The notes beneath the pieces are model-generated. The model had not been told where the DNA came from. It did not search any database and was given only the letters and a program-made list of their open reading frames with translations. Positions 59,914-64,000 of a stretch of DNA of 64,000 nt are shown one piece after another (position 1 is the first letter of the stretch; every line of letters begins with the position of its first letter). This DNA comes from an uncultured delta proteobacterium. Its GTDB lineage: Bacteria > Myxococcota_A > Polyangia > Polyangiales > Polyangiaceae. The stretch is taken from the NCBI GenBank assembly GCA_963696385.1, contig CAVOKF010000007.1, positions 1,088,001-1,152,000 of the forward strand. The letters are read 5' to 3'. The position numbers were made by a program, and so were the translations under genes.

Positions 59914-59947
59914 CACGGACCCGCAGCGCACGGACCCGCAGCGCACG
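59914..59947. repeat. 15-bp direct repeat CACGGACCCGCAGCG x2 (+4 bp) in a divergent intergenic region
   Basis: cacggacccgcagcg cacggacccgcagcg cacg. Confidence 0.85.
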
Positions 59948-60040
59948 ACGCAGCCAACGTCGCTCCGTCGAGCGCGCGACGCGGCACCGCAACGGCTTTC
60001 GAACCCCGCGACACGGTTGCCGTTGCGTGTCCCCTTGCGG

Positions 60041-61123
60041 ATGGGCGCGTCGCTCGCAGCCGTCTCGGCACTCGGCGCTCTCCTGACCCTCTCTTCTCGC
60101 GCGCGAGGAGACAGCGACTCCCAGGTGCGCCTCGTCTGGGTGCTCGGCGAAAGGACGGAGGGCTGCGCCGACGGGCCGACAATCGCGCGGCGCGTCGTCG
60201 AGCGCTTGGGAAGCGACGTGTTTTCGGACAAGGCCCGCCGCAGCATCGAAGGGGTCATCCAACACGAGGGTGAGCGCTGGGATGTGCACTTGTACGTTCG
60301 TGCCGCCGACGGCAGCCTCGCCGGCTCCCGCTATCTCACCAGTACCTCGGCCGACTGCTCCGCCCTCGACGCAGCAGTCACGCTCGCCGTAGCCCTGGTG
60401 ATCGATCCGGATGCGGCATCACGGCCGGCGTCCCAACGCGAACGGACGCGTCCCGCGCCTCTGACCCCGTCGCCGGCGCCGGGCGCGGCCGCAGCGGCGC
60501 CCGCTACTGCGCCCGCAGGCTTGCCGGCGATCCCGACACCCACGGTCTCGGTCGCCCGGCCCACTTTGCCTCCCACGGCCGCTCCCACGGCGCCCAAGGC
60601 ACCCGCGCTTTCTTTCGGCTCCTCGCTCTCGGTCACCGCACGGGCGCTGGTCGCGGCGGGCGTGCTACCCGCTGCCGCTGCCGGCGCCGCATTCTCGGCG
60701 GAGGGGCCCACCGGACGCCCCGTAGAAGGCAGCGCCGGTGTCGTCTATTGGCCCGAGGTCCGCACATCGTCGCGCGACTTCGCCTTCGGCCTGACGGCAG
60801 GCTGGTTAGGCGCCTGCGCACGGCCCCGGCAAGCCTCTCGGGCCAGCGTCTCGCTTTGCGCAAAGGCCTACGTGGGCGCCATTCATTCGGTCGTCTATGC
60901 GCTCGAGCCCACTGAACCAGGGGACCGGATCTGGACCGGTGCAGCGGTCTCGTTGGCGGCCCGACTGCGACTCGTCGGCCCGGTGGTCGCCGAATTGGGA
61001 GGAGAGATGCTCGTTCCCATCACCCGACAGCGCTTCAAGGTGCAGGGCGAGTCCGCGCTTGTCTTCCAGGAGTGGGCGGTCACGGGCTTCGGGTTCGTGG
61101 GGGTCGGCGTGTCGATTCCGTGA
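60041..61123 (+). CDS. Exported hypothetical protein: N-terminal domain with Cys pair, Pro-rich linker, C-terminal beta-rich (possible outer-membrane) domain
   Basis: Signal-like N-terminus; GC.DG...ADCSAL..AV.LAVAL.ID; alternating beta-strand C-terminus ending GVGVSIP. Confidence 0.6.
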   Translation: MGASLAAVSALGALLTLSSRARGDSDSQVRLVWVLGERTEGCADGPTIARRVVERLGSDVFSDKARRSIEGVIQHEGERWDVHLYVRAADGSLAGSRYLTSTSADCSALDAAVTLAVALVIDPDAASRPASQRERTRPAPLTPSPAPGAAAAAPATAPAGLPAIPTPTVSVARPTLPPTAAPTAPKAPALSFGSSLSVTARALVAAGVLPAAAAGAAFSAEGPTGRPVEGSAGVVYWPEVRTSSRDFAFGLTAGWLGACARPRQASRASVSLCAKAYVGAIHSVVYALEPTEPGDRIWTGAAVSLAARLRLVGPVVAELGGEMLVPITRQRFKVQGESALVFQEWAVTGFGFVGVGVSIP

Positions 61124-61179
61124 AGGGAAGCGACGGCAGCCGACATTCACACTGCGGGTCCTTGTATTCCTTGGAACGG

Positions 61180-61767
61180 ATGCCCCTTCGACTCGAAGCG
61201 ATGCCGCCCCGTCCGGTGGCCGATCGTCTCGACGTCGCGTCCATCCATGACGATCACGCGGAATTCGTTTGGGTGAGCTTGCAACGGCTCGGAGTGCCGA
61301 CCCGCGACGCCGAGGACCTGCTGCAAGAAGTCTTCATTGTCGTCCATCAGCGGCTCCATTCGTTCGACCACTCCTCGCGGATCACCACTTGGCTGTTCGG
61401 AATCTGCCTCCGGGTCGTCTCCGCCTACCGACGGCGCGCGCACCGCCGTCGGGAGCAGAGCGTCGCCCAGGTGCCGGAGGAAAGAACGTTGGACGAAGCG
61501 AGTCCCGAGCAGGCGGCGGTCAACCGGCAAGCCCAGGAGCGTCTGCGGGCGGCCCTCGACTTGATGGATCTCGACAAGCGCGCCATTTTCGTGATGTTCG
61601 AGATTGACGGCTTGTCCTGCGACGATATCGCCGAAATGCTGTCGGTTCCGATTGGGACCGTCTACTCGCGTCTCCACTCTGCGCGCAATGACTTCGATCG
61701 CGCACTGCTGCGGATGCGAGCCATCGAGGCGTCACGCCTCGGGGTTCGACGCGGAGCCCGGCCATGA
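61180..61767 (+). CDS. ECF RNA polymerase sigma factor
   Basis: DAEDLLQEVF, TWLFGI (region 2); LSCDDIAEMLSVPIGTVYSRLHSAR (region 4). Confidence 0.93.
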   Translation: MPLRLEAMPPRPVADRLDVASIHDDHAEFVWVSLQRLGVPTRDAEDLLQEVFIVVHQRLHSFDHSSRITTWLFGICLRVVSAYRRRAHRRREQSVAQVPEERTLDEASPEQAAVNRQAQERLRAALDLMDLDKRAIFVMFEIDGLSCDDIAEMLSVPIGTVYSRLHSARNDFDRALLRMRAIEASRLGVRRGARP

Positions 61768-62525
61768 TCCCCCCGACACGTTGGCGAGACGACGCTTCCA
61801 CATCGCCCGAGCACCGCGAGCTTTTGCGAAGCGCGGTCGGTTCCCGCCCTCTGCCGAAGGACATACGGACGCGCTCCGCCGCCCGAATCGACCGGTTGCT
61901 CGTCGTGCCCGCAGCCGCGGGTCTGCTCTTCTGGATCAAAGCGGTCGCGGCCGCGGGCCTCTGCGCGGTCGGGGTGGTCGCCGCGGTCGACGTGGTGCCC
62001 TCGCTGACACGCAAGCTGGTCTTCGGCCCGGATCCAGTCCGCGCGACGCTCGATAGCCACCCGGCACTGCCCCGAACATCGATCCCCGCCGCGGAGACCA
62101 CGGGGGCGGCCACCGATCCCGCGGTCTCTGCCTCGGACGCATCGGGTGCACAAGGCGAGGCCCCTGTCGCATCCCCTGCGCCGGCCCCCACTCGAGATCG
62201 CGCGAGGCACCCCAGAGCCGAAGCACCGTCCGCGGAACTCGGGTCGGGCGACTCGCTGGCGCGTGAAGCGGCGATGCTCGAGGAGGCCCGCGGATGGGTC
62301 GAGCGAAATCCGAGCGGGGCCCTGGCGGTCTTGAACCGTCACGCCACGATGTTTCCCAACGGAAGCCTCAGCATCGAGCGCGAGCTCATCGCGGTGGACG
62401 CGCTGCGGCGTCTCGGGCGCGTCGCGGAAGCTCAGACGCGTGGCACGGCGTTGCTCGGACAAGCGCGCGGAAGCATCTACGAAGAGCGAGTCAGGGCGTT
62501 GCTCCAAACGCTGACCTCGCCGTGA
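61764..62525 (+). CDS. Putative membrane anti-sigma factor with C-terminal TPR-like domain
   Basis: ATGA-coupled to the ECF gene; TM segment; Pro/Ala linker; LAREAAMLEEAR...HATMFPNGSLSIERE. Confidence 0.7.
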   Translation: MIPPTRWRDDASTSPEHRELLRSAVGSRPLPKDIRTRSAARIDRLLVVPAAAGLLFWIKAVAAAGLCAVGVVAAVDVVPSLTRKLVFGPDPVRATLDSHPALPRTSIPAAETTGAATDPAVSASDASGAQGEAPVASPAPAPTRDRARHPRAEAPSAELGSGDSLAREAAMLEEARGWVERNPSGALAVLNRHATMFPNGSLSIERELIAVDALRRLGRVAEAQTRGTALLGQARGSIYEERVRALLQTLTSP

Positions 62526-62646
62526 TGGGTGCGCGCGAATCCCCACGTTGCCGCACACGGGCTCGCGCGAAATGCGGAAGCGTGAAGCGAATTGGTTCGA
62601 AGGGAGGCGCAGGGCACCGGCATTCACAAACGGAGGTTGCGCTTCG

Positions 62647-63648
62647 ATGCGAACTTTTCACAAATTGCTTTGGCTGGCGGCATGGGGTCTCGCGCAGGCG
62701 GGGTGCACGGACGCGTTCATTGCGATGACGCCCGACGGAGGCGAGGACGCGGGCTCGAGCTCGAGCGACGCCGCCGCCGACACCGGCTCCGCCGACGTCA
62801 CCGCCGACACGGGATCCAACGACGCCACCGCCGACACGGGATCCAGCGACGACGCTGCCGACACCGGATCCAGCGACGCCGTCGCCGACACGGGATCGCG
62901 CGACGGCGCCCCCGACAGCGGATCCGGCGACGCGGGCGGCGGCACTGCGTGCGCGACCAATGCGGACTGTCCAGCCGACTACCTCTGCGGCTTCCCAGAA
63001 GCGCTCAAATGCTCGGCCACCGGCACGTGCTTTCCTCAGCCCGGCGTGACGTGCAACGCGATCGAGCTGGGGTGTGCGTGCGATGGCGCCGAAATCAACC
63101 TCGGATGCAACGGCCTACCCGACGGATACGTGTCCAAGCCGTTTTTGCACCAAGGGGCATGCTCCGATGCGAGCGGAGGGGATTCCGGGACGGCAGAGGC
63201 CGGCGCCAAGGACGGCGGAGCGACCGATTCGAACAGCCCGAGCGACTCTGGAGGCGGATGCGTTTCGACGCAAGGCGAACCGTGCGGCGGCAACACGAGC
63301 CAGCCATGCACGTGTGCATCGGGGCTCGTGTGCACTCCCGAAAACGGCGGGGTCGCCACGGGCGACGTCGGCGGCACGTGCGAAGCGCACGAAGGCGACG
63401 GCTCCGCCCCCTGCACGACCGATACCGACTGCGACCCCACTCAAGCTTGCGGGTTCCCGGAGAGTGAGGCCTGCGCTGCGCAAGGCCAGTGCGTCACCAA
63501 GTCGGTCGTCGTTTGCACGGCCATCGCTTATGGCTGCGCTTGCGATGGCACCGAGATCAACATCGCCTGCACCGATCTACCGAGCGGATACGAAACCAAA
63601 CCGCTAGCGCATTCGAGCCCATGCGACGGTGGCTCATCGATGCCGTAA
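62647..63648 (+). CDS. Cys-rich lipoprotein with Asp/Thr/Gly/Ser repeats and a duplicated disulfide-rich domain
   Basis: LAQAGC lipobox; two copies of C...DC.....CGFPE...C...G.C...C.AI..GCACDG.EIN..C..LP.GY..KP..H...C. Confidence 0.8.
   Translation: MRTFHKLLWLAAWGLAQAGCTDAFIAMTPDGGEDAGSSSSDAAADTGSADVTADTGSNDATADTGSSDDAADTGSSDAVADTGSRDGAPDSGSGDAGGGTACATNADCPADYLCGFPEALKCSATGTCFPQPGVTCNAIELGCACDGAEINLGCNGLPDGYVSKPFLHQGACSDASGGDSGTAEAGAKDGGATDSNSPSDSGGGCVSTQGEPCGGNTSQPCTCASGLVCTPENGGVATGDVGGTCEAHEGDGSAPCTTDTDCDPTQACGFPESEACAAQGQCVTKSVVVCTAIAYGCACDGTEINIACTDLPSGYETKPLAHSSPCDGGSSMP
62767..62928. repeat. 27-bp tandem repeat x6 encoding D-x-x-A-D-T-G-S-x
   Basis: gacgccgccgccgacaccggctccgcc, gacgtcaccgccgacacgggatccaac, gacgccaccgccgacacgggatccagc and three more. 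Confidence 0.9.
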
Positions 63649-63725
63649 CCGGCTGCGCGACGCGGGGGCGGGCGGACGCACCGGCCCGCCCCGGGTCACG
63701 CACGGCAACGACTTGCCATGTCGGG

Positions 63726-63812
63726 CGGAGGAGGAGGGATTCGAACCCACGGTTGACGTAAGCCAACGCCGGTTTTCAAAACCGGTGCCTTAAACCACTC
63801 GGCCACTCCTCC
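63726..63812 (-). tRNA. tRNA-Ser (anticodon UGA), CCA not encoded
   Basis: Reverse complement GGAGGAGTGGCCGAGTGGTTTAAGGCACCGGTTTTGAAAACCGGCGTTGGCTTACGTCAACCGTGGGTTCGAATCCCTCCTCCTCCG: 7-bp acceptor stem, long variable arm, TTCGAAT T-loop, G73. Confidence 0.95.
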
Positions 63813-64000
63813 TGAGGAACGAACCAACTCTACTTTCTCTTCGCCGAATCTGCATCGCTATCGTTGCCATGCCCCGACCGGCAGGACGCGAAAGCGTCCG
63901 CCGGCTTACGGACCCGGGGGGCCCAATGCGTTTCGAAAGGCGGCGAGCGCAGCCGCATCGAGAGCATGTCCGCGATGGACGATGCGACCTGCGCGATCGA

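Noticed and set aside
62767..62928. Possible CRISPR array (also considered for 22317-22406 and 49180-49216)
   Set aside because: Units are directly adjacent with no unique spacers, two arrays are in-frame coding repeats, and no cas genes are present.
59413..63812. Possible genomic island integrated at the tRNA-Ser 3' end
   Set aside because: No integrase and no duplicate of the tRNA 3' end noticed in the window; gene content looks native.
63813..64000. Possible CDS start at the right edge
   Set aside because: Too little sequence to support a call.

Overview
High-GC bacterial chromosome segment. The gene content points to Myxococcota, most likely Polyangiaceae/Sorangiineae-like (inference): four Ser/Thr kinases, a TIGR02266-type PilZ protein, a MYXO-CTERM-like surface protein and an ECF sigma triad. 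It is densely coding with about 52 CDS and one tRNA-Ser(UGA). Most genes are housekeeping or signalling (pfp, gltA, pilD, rarA, hpt, grpE-dnaK, HU, ybeY, rimI, ggt, add, CBS, pgeF, DHS-like, lemA). I saw no integrase, transposase, prophage or CRISPR array. A radical SAM gene at the left edge is missing from the ORF track, and many long ORFs in the track are antisense shadows. Best leads: (1) a stand-alone HD-domain half of a CCA-adding enzyme followed directly by a 75-nt four-way-junction (cloverleaf) palindromic element; (2) a kinase/degenerate cyclase/STAND-ATPase/TPR gene translationally coupled to a patatin lipase; (3) a two-gene orphan chemosensory module (soluble divergent MCP plus double-Hpt CheA); (4) a recurring -10 box 5-8 nt before ATG, suggesting widespread leaderless transcription. 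All family assignments come from motif recognition by eye, not from database searches.
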